Positions 1 to 24,115 of a DNA stretch of 64,000 bases are shown here, piece after piece. Below the pieces are notes generated by a model. The model had not been told where the DNA came from and made no database searches. It saw nothing but the letters and a program-made list of their open reading frames with translations. Every line of letters begins with the position of its first letter. The stretch's first letter is position 1. Source of the stretch: Octopus sinensis (Eukaryota). The translations under genes were made by a program, and so were the position numbers. The DNA lies in contig NC_042997.1 in assembly GCF_006345805.1 (NCBI RefSeq), forward strand, positions 7,564,001 through 7,628,000, written 5' to 3'.

Positions 1-2081
1 TCTTCCGAACGTTAGAAGGAGACAATGCGTAACATGTTGCTTCTCATGCAAATCAAGCCAAGGAATTCTGGTGCGGATTATGGGGAAATAATGTGGTGCA
101 TAAAATGAATGCAATGCGGATAGGAAATATCAGAACAGAGTTACAAGGAAGAAACAAACAAAGGAATATTGTCATAAGCACGGGTGATATGAAAGAACAA
201 CTGGAAAGCCCCAGCATCAGATGGGATTCATAGCGTTTGACTGAAGAGATGCCACGCGGTTCATGAAAGAGTAGCAGCCCAACTGAATGAGTGCGTCCAG
301 AAAGGTACAGTTACAGCGTGGATAGTGACTGGGAGGAGGACAACACTTATAATATAAGATAGAAGCAAGGGGAATATTATGGGAAACTACCGTCTCATAG
401 CATACGTAATAATAATCTGGAAGATAATCACTGGAGTATGTGTGGTACAGGAAGAAATACTGCCAAAGGAACAAAAAGGATGTAGGAAGATTTCTCAGAT
501 TACCAAGGATCACCATGTCATCGATAAAACAGATTTGAGGCATTTTAAAAAAACATCATATATAATGTCTATGGCTTGGATTGACTTTTTGAAGGCGTAT
601 GATATGATGCTTCATCCTTGGATCGTTAAATGTCTGCAGATGTTTGGTGTTGCTGAAAACATCATATATTTTCTGATGCATAGCATGAAAACCAAATTGT
701 ATTCAAGTAATGTATTTCTTGGAGAGGCTAACATTAAAAGGGAAATCTTCCAAGGCGACTCGTTTTGTCCGTTACGATTTGTAATTGCACAAACACCAAT
801 AACAATGACACTTAGGAAAGTTAGGATGGGTTACCGATGTGGGATGAAAGGCCTATCATTGAACCATTTTCTATTTATAGATATTGTTTGGGAAATCTGA
901 AAAACAGATACATTCCTTAACCAAAACAGTCGAGAATTGTGACAGGGACATCGGTTTGGAATATGGGATTACTAAATGTTCAGTAATTAATATTAAAAGA
1001 GGGAAGAAAGCATCCTGCGGAGGAATGCGGTTATTATAAGGAGAGACCATGGGCTAACCCGACGATAGTGGGTATAGATATGTAGGGATTTTGGAGCGGG
1101 ATGACATTCTACACAGACAAATGAAATTCAAGGTCAGCAAGGCATATCAAAAAAGTGTGAAGATGATGTTGAAATCCAATATGAATGCCAAACATTTCAT
1201 TACAGCAATGAATATCTGGATAGTTGCGGTGTTCAGATATAATGCGTCCATCCTCAATTGAACTAAGGAGGAAATATCAACACTGGCAAGAAGAACGAGA
1301 AAGTTGATGCTGCTGCATGGGACACTAAACCCTAAAGCAAACGCAAAAAGACTGTATATGAAAAGAAAGAATGGTGGTAGAGAAATAATTAGTATAGACC
1401 ATTGCAAAAGGAGTGAAAGGAGAACGCTTGCTGAATGTTTGATCAATAGTTATCAAGACCTGCTGCTGTATGCCGCGAAAGATATGGGTGTCAATGCAGA
1501 TGAAGTGATGGGCAACGAAGAGATTAACCAAAGATCTGAGGAGAAGAGAAAAGAAGGCCTTGAAATGAGAATGCATGGACAGTTTGAAAGGAATACACGG
1601 GACATTAAGGATAATACAGTATCGTGAGCATGGCTTGAGCAAGGCCGTTTGAAGCGTACCACCGAATGTCTGATCATTCTTGCACACGACCAGGCGCTCG
1701 CTACCACTTCAGTGATGTATAACATCTATAAAACTTCTGACATCCAAAAATGTAGACTCTGTGGAAAGAGTGTGGGAAATGTGACCTCCTTGCTAAGTGG
1801 ATGTGAGCCTTGCACAACATAAATACAAGCGTCACCACGATTCATTGGCTCATATGCCATAAAAAACCAAACTGAAGTAACAGGGAACTGGTATTAGCAA
1901 GTACAAAGTAAATTTATGCAGGATAATGGAAAGTTATTCATGAGGATGCAATAAGATGCCCTATTGTGCACAGAACAACCTAATGGAAAGTATTATAGTA
2001 TTATCTTCCTGGGATTCTTGTTGCGACTAGACAGATGACTAAAGACTCCGCTGCAGTTTTAGCTATACTGTATAACAAAGA
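1..2081 (+). mobile_element. Degenerate R4/Dong-like non-LTR retrotransposon (subfamily A): RT domain, C-terminal Cys/His region and 3' UTR; RLE core largely deleted; 5' part runs off the window
   Basis: Broken frames give WKAP-SDGIH, LPKEQKGC, SMAWIDFLKAYD, IFQGDSF-P, LNHFLFIDI, YRYVGILE, RLYMKRKNGGRE, MHGQF, HDQAL, CRLCGK, YKRHHD. Multiple stops and frameshifts. Ends in AATAATAAT at 2082. 3' part is homologous to 29153-29908. Confidence 0.9.
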
Positions 2082-2222
2082 AATAATAATAATATGAAGA
2101 AGAAGGAGGAGGAGGAGGAGGAGGAGAAGAAGAAGAAGAAGAAGAAGAAGAAGAAGAAGACGGATGAGGAGAAGAAGAAGAAGAAGAAGAAGAAGAAGAA
2201 GAAGAAGAAGAAGAAAATAATA
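2082..2222. repeat. (AAT)n then (GAA/GGA)n compound microsatellite
   Basis: Read directly from the sequence. Confidence 0.95.
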
Positions 2223-2628
2223 GTAACAGTAGTAAACCGGACATAGCCGTAACAGAGAAAGAAAACCAACTATACTGGATCACAGACATAGCATACCCAG
2301 CTGGCAACGAGGTATGCGATAAGGAAGAAAGAAAAGTCGAGAGATATGACAGGTTAGCTTGGGAAGTTAAGCAGTTGTGGTCGAAGAAAAAGGTAGCAAT
2401 TTTACCAATGATTGTCGGAGACCTGGGAACAGTGAACAAAATTCTCGAGAAGTACGTCGAACAAATAGGAATTGCAATAAGGGTGGAGCGCTTGCAAAAA
2501 GCAGCACTGCTTGGAATCGCACGAATACTCCAGAAGGTGCTCGAAAAATAAGAGGTGTTACCGTAGTTCACTGGTAGTGAACTGCTGACACTGTAGTACA
2601 TCTCCAGTGTTAGAACCTGTGCAAAGGC
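2223..2628 (+). mobile_element. 3' end of R4/Dong-like LINE, subfamily B (RLE domain plus 3' UTR), followed by (AAT)n(GAA)n at 2629-2721
   Basis: Frame reads KPDIAVTEKENQLYWITDIAYPAGNEVCDKEERKVERYDRLAWEVKQLW...IVGDLG...LQKAALLGIARILQKVLEK*. The PD..D...K RLE motif is present. Paralogous to 28500-29100. Confidence 0.9.
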
Positions 2629-2718
<90 letters not shown>

Positions 2719-2721
2719 AAA

Positions 2722-3256
2722 GCTATGCCAACACTATGGAATAAAACAGAAAAAATTGTATAAGCACACGCCAGAAACTGTCACAGAAAATGACATACTC
2801 TGGGATATGCCAATACACATAGATAACGAAACTAAGGCCAATATAGCGGATATAGGTGTCAGAGATGATCAAGGAAAAGATGCTTTCTAACCGATGTATC
2901 AATACCAACGGATGACAGCGTTTCTCTAAAAGAAATGGAGAAACCTTCGTATTTCCAAATACATGGAAATAGAGGTAACTCGAATGTGGAGTCTAAAAAC
3001 TGAAACAATTCCTATCATAGTAGGCGCGTTGGGTAGGATAAAAAAATATTCAAACAAATACAAAACAAAATCACCATGGCTACCAACTATACATAACATA
3101 CAGAAAATAGCACTATAGTCACTGCACACATCCTATATAAAGCACTTTCAGTACAGGAACGATAAGAGCATCACAACAAACCACAGTACATACCCAAGGA
3201 CCAAAGAGCTGCACTTGGTAGTGCAGTGAATGCACGTTATAAAAGTAAGACTGCTG
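2722..3256 (+). mobile_element. 3' end of R4/Dong-like LINE, subfamily C (RLE domain plus 3' UTR) with short (AAT)n tail
   Basis: HTPETVTEN..ILWDMPIH..KAN..DI..TDVSIP..KEMEK..EIEVTRMWSLKTETIPIIVGALG..IQKIAL across frameshifts. Tail AATAATAATAAT at 3257. Confidence 0.85.
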
Positions 3257-3724
3257 AATAATAATAATTATACATAAATTCGCCAAAACGCTGGAATTCT
3301 TACGAGTTTAGCTATTTCCCCATTGGGCTTCCTTCCTCCTCTCTCTCTCTCTCTCTCTCTCTCTACCCCTCCTCTTCCAATGGACCCCTAATGCTGTTGA
3401 AATTATTCAAACGAGGACATGGTCACTTAACAATTCCCCGCAAATGAGTAAATTTTCTGTAGTACGTTCTATGTTTGCTAAAACTTTGAGTTGATTATGT
3501 TTATAGATGTTATATATATCTAAAATGTGATGGAGTGTTTATAGAGAGAATACTATAGCTTTTTAAATCTGTGAGCTGTTGTTTTTAAACTGCGCTGTCT
3601 TAGCTATGATAATTAGTCCCAACTTGCCGTAGATACTCTTAAAATCAACACCCACCCGCCCTTAATCGAATGCCTTAGACTCTGTGTGTGAGTGTGTACG
3701 AAAATAAAGAAGACAAGTAGTGGA

Positions 3725-4480
3725 CACTTATTTCATTATATTTGTATCACGATGAAAAATTCATCAAATAATGTAATACATATAAGATTTAAAGGATCAA
3801 AACATCATAAAACAATGAGCATAAAAAGTGCCTACACATGTTTCAATCAGGCCACCAGTTGAGCAGTTAATTGAATCATTATGATTCGAACCATGTTAAG
3901 AGTTATAGATGTAAAAGGAACCCATAGTATGACCGGATGTCAACAGAGCTGTCTTTTTCAAGAGACGAAAGCTTACATATTGGTGTTAAATAACGAACTA
4001 AATAAAATGGTTGAGGACTGTATTTTCAAATATAGAAATAACTTAAACCACAAGTTGTTAGGAAAGATAGGACGCCGAGGTAGTGGTAGTGGGAGATATA
4101 ATCTAATGAAATCGTACTAAAATACTATGATGTGTTTGAAAACTAGATTGTTATAGGTGTTAAGGGACATAAAATAATCATTTAGTAGAATATGGGCATA
4201 TTTAGTTCGTTATTTACCACCAATATGTAAGCATGTTTTTTAAAAAAAAAGACGGTCATACTATGGGATCCGGTCATACTATGGGATTCCTTTACATCTA
4301 TAACTCTTAATATGGTTCGAATCCTGATGATTTGAAACACTGTTCACCTAGTGGGCGGTTTGAAACATGTGTAGGTACTTTTTGTTTATTTTCGATGATG
4401 ATTTTGCTCCTCTAAAGCTTATATGTATTACATTGTTTGATATGTTTTCATAGTGATAAAAATAAAATTAAATAACTATC
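3725..4480. mobile_element. Foldback/MITE-like element with about 210 bp imperfect terminal inverted repeats
   Basis: 3822-3940 (AAAAAGTGCCTACACATGTTTCAA...CCCATAGTATGACCGGAT) is the reverse complement of about 4268-4385, and similarity extends outward to about 3730 and 4475. The right arm carries an 18 bp tandem duplication (GGTCATACTATGGGATCC). Confidence 0.75.
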
Positions 4481-5360
4481 CCCTATATTTCTTCTCCATT
4501 TGCTTATATTAACATAACACAATATTGGAGGTTTATCCCTATAAATGCGGAATTTTCTCTCAATATATGAATAGATGACACCAGTTGATCTCCGCATTTT
4601 TACTCCCAACAGAGGAAATTACACCCTCAATATTGACTGTATATATATAATGACGATTAAGTTGAATTAGGTACTTAAATTGAGATACCACTCCATTTCA
4701 GTATAGTCCGCACAGCTCCAATTTGGGTGAACAGAATGTGAATAGGTAACAAGGATGTCCCGGTATCAATAAATTTTGGCCGTTTCGGGCGGCTTCATTC
4801 AATCGACCAATGAAAACATTACATCAGTTGGGAAGAAACCGCTCTCCTCAGACGTAGATGACCATATAGATTTTCAACATAAAGGATAAAACATTTTTGA
4901 TAAATCTATATCAATATTAGAAACCAGTATAATCACATTGTTTCCTCATGTTATATTGGTTGCAGAATGAGTTTAAAAAGAAAAGCATATCTTATTAAGT
5001 CTAATATTATTTAGAGAGTAGCAGAGGTAAATAGTGGGGCCAATATATAGGAGTAATGAGATATGCATTTATATTTAGAAGGTTAATGCAAGTTTAATGT
5101 AGACGACATGCTCCATTAAACCTATTTATTTGTGCCACAAATATAACATACGGAAACAATGTAAGTATTTTGATTTGTAGTCTTGATACAAATTTGTCAA
5201 AAGTGGTTTATCATTTATGCTGAAAATCTATATGGCCATGTATGTCTGAGGGGAGCGGTTTCTTTCAGTTGGACGTAATGTTTTCATTGTTCGATTAAAT
5301 GGAGCTGCTCGAAACCGTCGTAATGTAGATACCTGGACATATTGTTACTTATTTGCACAC

Positions 5361-5438
<78 letters not shown>

Positions 5439-5455
5439 GACAGATAGATAAATAT

Positions 5456-5600
<145 letters not shown>

Positions 5601-6327
5601 TGTGTGTGTGTGCATTAAAGATATGTAATTTACTTCTTCTCTAGTATCATTGCAAAGACTTTTATTTCAGATCTGTTTCTGAAAACGCTTATAATATCGT
5701 CCAGTAATTCAGCTCATGAAATATATCCGAAAATCAAAATACGGAGAGCTGAAAAGATCTGAATAAAGAATAAATATGAATGCAGATAATATAAGACAAA
5801 AACTGTTTAGTGATCTTTCAAATATATATTGAAGTACGGAAAAATCTAATAAATCACTGTTAATCAAAGGAAATGGTAAAACAAATAGTATAATGATAGA
5901 ATAAATTGCAATGTATGAGTTTCAATGATCTTAAGCAAATTAGTGTCCATTTGCTTTTCATTCTGCTAACGATATCCTGTTAGAAGCTTTAGAAAACAAT
6001 GTATGAAATGAATATTTAGAGTGATCTGTAGTGTCGGAATAACGCTTAAGATGATAATAATGAATAATATGTGGAAGTAAGCTTCAGATAAAGACAATTA
6101 GTAATAGTGTCAGTCGCAAGAGAAAATAGGCCCCCGTGAATTACTTAATGTCCCATAACTTTAATAGCTGAACGATTCACATAAAATTGTAAAGGTTTAT
6201 ATTTCAAAGACTGCTTTCATTCTTAATTACATTTGTATAGGATACCAATCTGAAATGATCACAAATAAATCCTAATACAATAAATTCCTTACAATTAGTC
6301 AGATTTTCTATTCTCTATATTGTGAAG

Positions 6328-17466
<11,139 letters not shown>

Positions 17467-18261
17467 GTAAATAAAGATACATTTATGTGGTAGATAACAT
17501 CTTTTATTAACAAAACAAATATGTGGAGTGTTTTCAAAATTTAACTTTGTATATCACAACTATTGTTGGCATTTTTTCTTTCTTCCTACATTATGTTTTG
17601 ATAAGCAAACACGTTGACATTCAACTCACTGTACGCACTTTTCACATCTTTGGCATTATTTATAAACTGAAAATTGTGTTTCTCATAACGTCAATATTGA
17701 TTTGCTTTAGGATTATCTGTAAAACGTTCGAGATACAAACCTGCATATTACTTCAAGATTCCTCTCACTATTTTTTTTTTCTTTTTTTGTTTTGTATTTT
17801 GTTTTGTATTCACTCTCTCTCTCTGTCTTATTAACCTTGTCTTTCACACTTTCTAATTATGTATAATGCACATGTTACATCTCCGTTTACAGCAATTGTT
17901 TTGATTTATCACCGCTACCATTAATTGTGTCAGCTATTGGTTTCTTGTTGTTTGGTTAAATGTGTTATCTGATATATGTTTTGAAAATAATTTCACTTCA
18001 TTGGATTTATTGCTGGTAAATTTATGTTAGATTTTCTATATCTTGATCTAGATCTAGTTTCTTGCAGGCTATTTCTGTATGACAACTTTTAATTATATTT
18101 CAAAGTATTTATCACAAGCAAACGAAGAATATTTTTCTAGTTACTTCATGTACATTTTTTGTCCAATAAGTAAGCATATAGAATTGTTGTTTAAAAACGT
18201 GTGCAATTGAGAAACATATCCGTGTTTTGTACATGTAGTTCAAATTTATAGAAAAGCAAAG

Positions 18262-18360
18262 ACAGAAACAGGTGTAGGAGCAACAAGCGAGTGTATTAGC
18301 GTGATGCTCGTGAAAAGTATTTTAAATCTCGAGTCTACACTTTCCGACAGAAAGGAATAA
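18262..18360 (-). mobile_element. Degenerate copy of the hammerhead-bearing Penelope-type repeat seen at 41640-41790
   Basis: Reverse complement reads CTTTCTGTCGGAAAGTGTAGACTCGAGATTTAAAA...ACGCTAATACACTCGCTTGTTGCTCCTACACC, aligning with CTTTCTGACAAAGAGCTCTGCTCGAAACGTCAAAA...ACTAATACTTGCCTTGTGCACACC. Confidence 0.5.
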
Positions 18361-18902
18361 GAGTAAATAGATACAGAGAAAAGGAATAAAAGGTGTTGAG
18401 TTCAGTTGTTCAACATGGCGAATGGAGATTTGCTTGTTTTCAAGATAAAAGATAGTTTCTGCATTTCTTAGGAAAGATTTATCAACTCGACATCATGATT
18501 CGTATGATCAAATAACAAAGTCGACTCAATATGAAGTAGCAAATAAAAATAAATTTCTCTGCAAAAGTGGCAAACTTTACAATCCTAATCTCATAATTAT
18601 AGGGAAAATTAATGTTGATCACTTTTAATTTAAAACGCTTTCCTCACCTGAAAAGGAATTTTACCGAAAGTTATATACACGAAATAATGGGCGATCTTTT
18701 ATTTGGGCGCCTACATACAAGGAAAATCTCTTAATACATAGTAAACATGAGACTATTGTAGTCTGCTGTACATTATTCCGCCAGAAAATTGAGGTTGGTC
18801 ACTGCAGGATTGTTTTCTGCCATATCAAATTTGGCCTTGTTGAAGAACTGCTGGTTTGCATAATACTAGTTTATCTTTTATGAAACTGTTTATATATATA
18901 CA

Positions 18903-19430
18903 CTAGATGAGGTACCTGGTAATACAGTACCGCTAATAAGATGTCTGTTTATAGCCATGAAGCATTTTTTGTCATTTTTCAAAAGTTTAAAATCTATAAT
19001 GAATAGGACCAATTTGACGAAAAAATGAGCAGAATCTTGTAGTGAACCCGTGTCGTCGTCATTTTTGTGCATGTGCATAAAATGGCGAAATTTTACGCTT
19101 TGGGGCAGATTTCATAAAAGTGATGTCACGACGGCTAATGCGCAAAATACCTAAATTTTTCCTGAGAAATAAAATGCTCTTAACTAATCAAAATGTGAAA
19201 CACTGGGGAATTAAAACAACGAATTGAAATAATATGTTTTAGCAAATCAAAACAATTCACATTGAAATGAAGAATTAGCAAATGCTATATCGATTACCGT
19301 GTATAAGCTGTCTGCTTATACCAATGAAATATTTTTCGTCAAATTTCGGCACTTTTCGTCAAATTAATGCCACAACGGCTAATGCGAAAAATGCCGAAGT
19401 TTTACTTGTTCTTGTCAAATTTTGCCCATG
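18903..19430 (-). mobile_element. Helitron-like non-autonomous terminus with repeated TTTGACGAAA/TTTCGTCAAA motifs
   Basis: Minus strand ends GGTACTGTATTACCAGGTACC-TCAT-CTAG|T, i.e. a hairpin followed by CTAG then T, the canonical Helitron 3' end. The motif occurs at about 19013 (forward), 19335 and 19354 (inverted). Confidence 0.5.
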
Positions 19431-19434
19431 CCTC

Positions 19435-21870
19435 CGCCTCATGTTCACGATGATGGTGACATCATCTGCATAAGCAGTGATGGAGTAACCGCATCTGATT
19501 TCATTAGGGGTGCACCCCAAATTCTTCAGCCTCCGCAGTAATGGCTCAAGAGCCAATATGTACAGAGGTGGAGACAGGGTACACCTTGACGAACTTAGCG
19601 CTTGATCGAAAACGGCTCCGACAGGTGTCAGTTTCCTGGAACTGTGGATTTGATGCCGCTACACATTGCGGAGATCCACCTGCGGAAATCTGGGGCCCGC
19701 CCAGCCGCTTCGAGGACCGCTACTAGCAACTCGTGCTCTACCCTATCAAATGCTTTACTTTGGTCTAAATCGACCAGTGCCCCACTTTTGCCGGTTAATT
19801 TATTCAACCTGTCTAAGGTGTAGCGTATAAGGTGAAGACGCCTGGATCGACCTGCCTGGAATGGCGCATATCTGCGCCTTCCCTACAAGCGACAACCATT
19901 TTGCAAACAACTGGGCCAAAACCTTTAACTCTATATTGAGTAGAGTTATGAGCCTGTAATTACTTATACTGTCCTACTTGCTCGGATACTTCTGGATCAG
20001 CGTCACCACTTCCCGATTCATTCTGATGCCAGTTTGTGTCGACGCCTGCCAGCAGGTCCCCGAACAAGTCCGGTATGCTACGATAAAACTCATAGGGTAT
20101 ACCATCCATCCCCGGTGACTTGACCCCGTCACAACTGGCCAACAACTGTTTGATCTCCATAGGTATAATCGGTTATTCACAGCATTCCGACTCACGTACC
20201 GAGAGTCACGGCCCACCGGCGAGGAAGTGTTTAAGGGACTCCCCACGCTCGAGCGCGTTGCTCTACCCAAAACAACCTGGCGAAATGCTGGTGAATGGCC
20301 TTTTGCATCTTTTCCTGTCCATAGATCTTGCGCCCCTATTCGTCAGTTAAAGACTTTATAGAGACTTTTTGTTAGCCCTCTGACACTCCACACGATGGGC
20401 CCATCCGGTAACGTTAATACCTTCTCGGCCCACTGTGGTTAGCTTAGCTATGTAGTCTTCGTGTTTGGCTTTGAGGCGATGATACAAGACTGTTCTATCA
20501 GCCAGTACTCTAGCTGCATAGCCAAATTCCATAGCCTCGTCTAAATACTTAACTAATTCCCTTTCTATTCTAGATCCATCTAAATTTAGCTGATTGCTAA
20601 ATCTAATAGACTCAAAACGAATGGCTCTCTTGACGGCGTGCCACCTTCTCTTATTAACGATGGCGCCATATTGTGACCTCTGTACTAAATCCTTAATTCG
20701 GACACGGAAGGCTTTACAAGTCAAAATAGACTTGTTAATCTTCTAGTACCCTGGTCCCTGTCTATGACATTTATCTCTATGCACCTCACATATCACAAAT
20801 TTGTGATCCGAGTAAGGTACAATACACAATTGTAGACAACTAAAAGTATTCCTATCGCTTTCTCTAACGAATACCGTTTAAATAAGTTGTGTAAGCCGTC
20901 GTTATTACTCCACGTCCCCTGTGGAACGCTCGGCTCATCAAGTCTGTAACGCGTACTAGATTATAGCTCTTTAGCATACCTTCGGGGCCAGGATTTCCCT
21001 TCCTATCAGTCGAGTCAACACTATCCCCCTTGCATCGAGAATAGTATTAAAGTCTCGTAACAGAACTACCGTTTTTGACGTCACTAGAATGTGCTCTGGG
21101 CCTCGATAAAAACCAGACCGCCTACACTCCTTAGGAGCATAGACAGCTACCAGCCTGAAGGACTGTTTACTCTCGTGGATCATATCTAAGATGACCACCC
21201 TAGCTTCTGGGTCCAGAAAGACTCTACTTACACTTACCTGTAAATCCAAGGTCTTCCTGAGTAGGACCACCACGACCCTCCTCCTCGTCAGCTAAGAGAA
21301 ATAGATTTCTCATAGCCATTTAGAAGAGGCGAGAACGATTGTGGTCCAATCCTCTTGGATTCAGTTGCAATTGACCGGAGGTCGTTCAGGAGACAAGCTT
21401 GTTTCCGTTTCGATCCTAGCTTATGTACGTTTATATATTATAACTTAATCGCCACAGTGAAAAATGGGGAAAAAAGGAGTAACTTACAGTTTGAGTTTGG
21501 GGAGGGGCTGCACAAAATTGCGTGCTTCCCCATCCTTTTCTTTTGATGGCATAGCGACTGGGCTTTTCATTGGTGCAGCCGCTGGACTTGTTAATAATTT
21601 CGGAGCTAACATCTCTGATATCCTCCGGATACGTTCTCTTCAGCTCCGAAAATAGGCCCGCGTCCATTTTTGTGAATCTAATATTAGGGGACGTATCTGT
21701 AGTTACTCCAGCCTTGTGGTGCGTTCTTACGATGGTAGAAAACGGCTCGTATTTTTTCTACGTAGGAAACAATTGTTTCTTGTGTTTTGGGGAGTGGATA
21801 GCTAAAAGCTTTCACCGTGGTGTTGGTCTGGGGAATTTTGCTTTGTGTATCTGTTGTGTGTTTAACAGAT
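19435..21870 (-). mobile_element. Degenerate L1/Tx1-clade LINE fragment: end of ORF1, APE endonuclease and RT up to the YADD motif; 3' end missing
   Basis: Minus frames give INVHKLG (APE start, about 21440), VFLDPEARVVILD..FRLVAVYAP, LLRDFNTILD, KSPGMDGIPYEFY, LALEPLLRRL and YADDVTIIV. Many stops and frameshifts. Confidence 0.9.
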
Positions 21871-22419
21871 TCCCATTGCGGGAAAATCTTTTTTTTTATT
21901 GATGCAATATACTTTTTTTTAAATTGCGAAAATGGACAAAATTTGACGAAATAAATTCAGTACCCAGCAACGGGTAAAGGAAAACAGTTCAGCAATTTTT
22001 TTTTACACAATAATTTTGAAACAGAAATTTGTGCCCCGTAGGGCGAAAATCACCGTTCCACGAAGGACAACAGTTCAGTTTAAAGCAAAATACACAAAAA
22101 ATATCAGTATTCCAGACAAAAACACACGGAACGAATTCACATAACTTTAGTAATTGCAAATACGATGCAAAAAATCCGAGTCTGCTAGAGATTAATTCTT
22201 TATTACAGGCACAAGGCCTAACACAGAGGGGACATACACAAACATGCGGGAACGAAAAAGCACATGAAAGGATGAATGTAAAATGAATTAAATTACAATG
22301 AAATGAATCGGCCATCTTCCTCTCGCTCCGAGATGAAACCGTGAATTCCCTTTAAAACTTTACAGTTTAGATAACTTCCAGCTCCGCTCCGAGGCAAAAC
22401 CGCGACTTCCCTTTCCGCT

Positions 22420-23340
22420 TTCACCTTATAATTTTAAAACGTTTTAAACAAATGTTCATACAGGATTTACTTATCTTCTTTTCCCCTTTTTTTACAACAA
22501 CGTTTAACCAAAAAGTTCTTAGCATTTCAAGGTCGTTAAAATTAACCATGACTTACCACTTCATTTTCTCCTTTCCGTCCTCATAATTCACCACCGAGGC
22601 GCCAGGTTCAACATTTACCACCGGCCTCAGTGGATTCACTCTTTCGTACCGTCTTCCAATTCTGAAATTCTTTCAAATTTGGGTTGTCCTATATTTCACT
22701 ATCATTTTCTTTTTGTTTGTGTTTTGCAAGTTGGCGCTTTTTGTCTCTATGTTTCTGCATTTTTTGACTTTCGTGTGATTGTATCTGTGTGTCCGTGTGT
22801 TTGTGTATTTGTGTGTCTGTGTGTGCGTTTGACAGTAATGCTGCGTGTTTCGTCTCTGTGTCTATGTTTTTAGGTTTCCGTAATTCTGGGTTGTCTTGTT
22901 TCTATTCGTTATTACTTGTGCGCTTTTGCATGTCTATGTGTTTGAGTGTCTGCTGTTCTGGTTTACCTTTACTGGTGATCCTACGTCCCCGTTTCTAGTC
23001 GTAGGTTGGGTTACCTCTTCCATTGCTTTGTCCTTCTGCAATTCCACTATCGTCGGTGACTTCCTTCCCTCTCTTTTTATGGCTTTCAGCTCCGCAATGT
23101 TACTGTGATGCCCTGCTTTCTGTTCCTGTTGTTTCTCCACCATTACACTCTCCTACTTCCGCCTCCTCCTCGGACACAAAGGCTACCACTATCAACGCAC
23201 ATCACAACGCACATCTTCTTCCTATCACAAAGAACGCTATGCCGTCTCCCATCCGCTCTTTGAACATTTCCTCTACTTCCTCCTGCAGAGCTTCTTCATT
23301 TCGTCCATTTCTTCTGACTGGATTTGGTAGAAGGGAACGG
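22420..23340 (-). other. Degenerate coding-like, purine-rich segment, possibly a LINE ORF1 relic
   Basis: Minus frame reads EEALQEEVEEMFKERMGDGIAFFVIGRR..IVVAFVSEEEAE, then a K/Q/E-rich low-complexity region interrupted by stops. No firm family assignment. Confidence 0.3.
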
Positions 23341-23599
23341 TATATATCTTGTTCCAGTTTGTGTTTTTTTTAATTTGTCCTTTATATGGCGGGGCCCGTA
23401 CTCTCTTTTTGATATTGTATGTGAAATACATTTTTTCTCTAATACATGGTACGACTCTACAACACTGTCTCTCTGTCTCCCCCTCTCCTACATTTCTCTG
23501 CCTTTCACACTTTGCACTCCACTTTGACCCGTCTCTTTCTCTCTCTCTCTCCTCCTCCTCCTTCCCCTCCTATGTGCCTTGTTCCCTTTTTTTCTCTCT

Positions 23600-24115
23600 T
23601 CCTCTGTCCCGGTCTTATCACACGTGACTAACTTTGGACTGCTGTCCTGCCTTTATGTGATCTACAGCCGTATAGGCCAGACACACATATTATTTCTCTC
23701 TTCACCTTTAGGCAATTTTTCAATGCGCCAGCTCAAGTTCACCCGTTTTGTCGAAAAGACACCTGTCTGTAAGGTCCTGTTTTTGTTATTATTATTATCA
23801 TTATTGTTTTTACGTATTTTCGTATTCTTATTCGTGTTATCATTATTATTTTTACGTATTTTTGTATTCTTATTCGTTCCCGTCCTTGTTTTGTATACAT
23901 TCGAGGCTTTCTTCCAAGGAATCTAATGCGCTTGGCTTAGATTTTCCTTTGGGGCTGGCCAGGTCAGAGCAATCTCAAAATTAATCAGCCGAAATTGCGA
24001 AGAGGATCAGGTTTTTGACTTAAGATCGAAGGCTTCGAATGTCCCGTCCGTATTTTTGTATCGTCTTCTAAATATTTTGCGTTCTTGTCCCAGTTTGTGT
24101 TTTTTTTACATTTAT

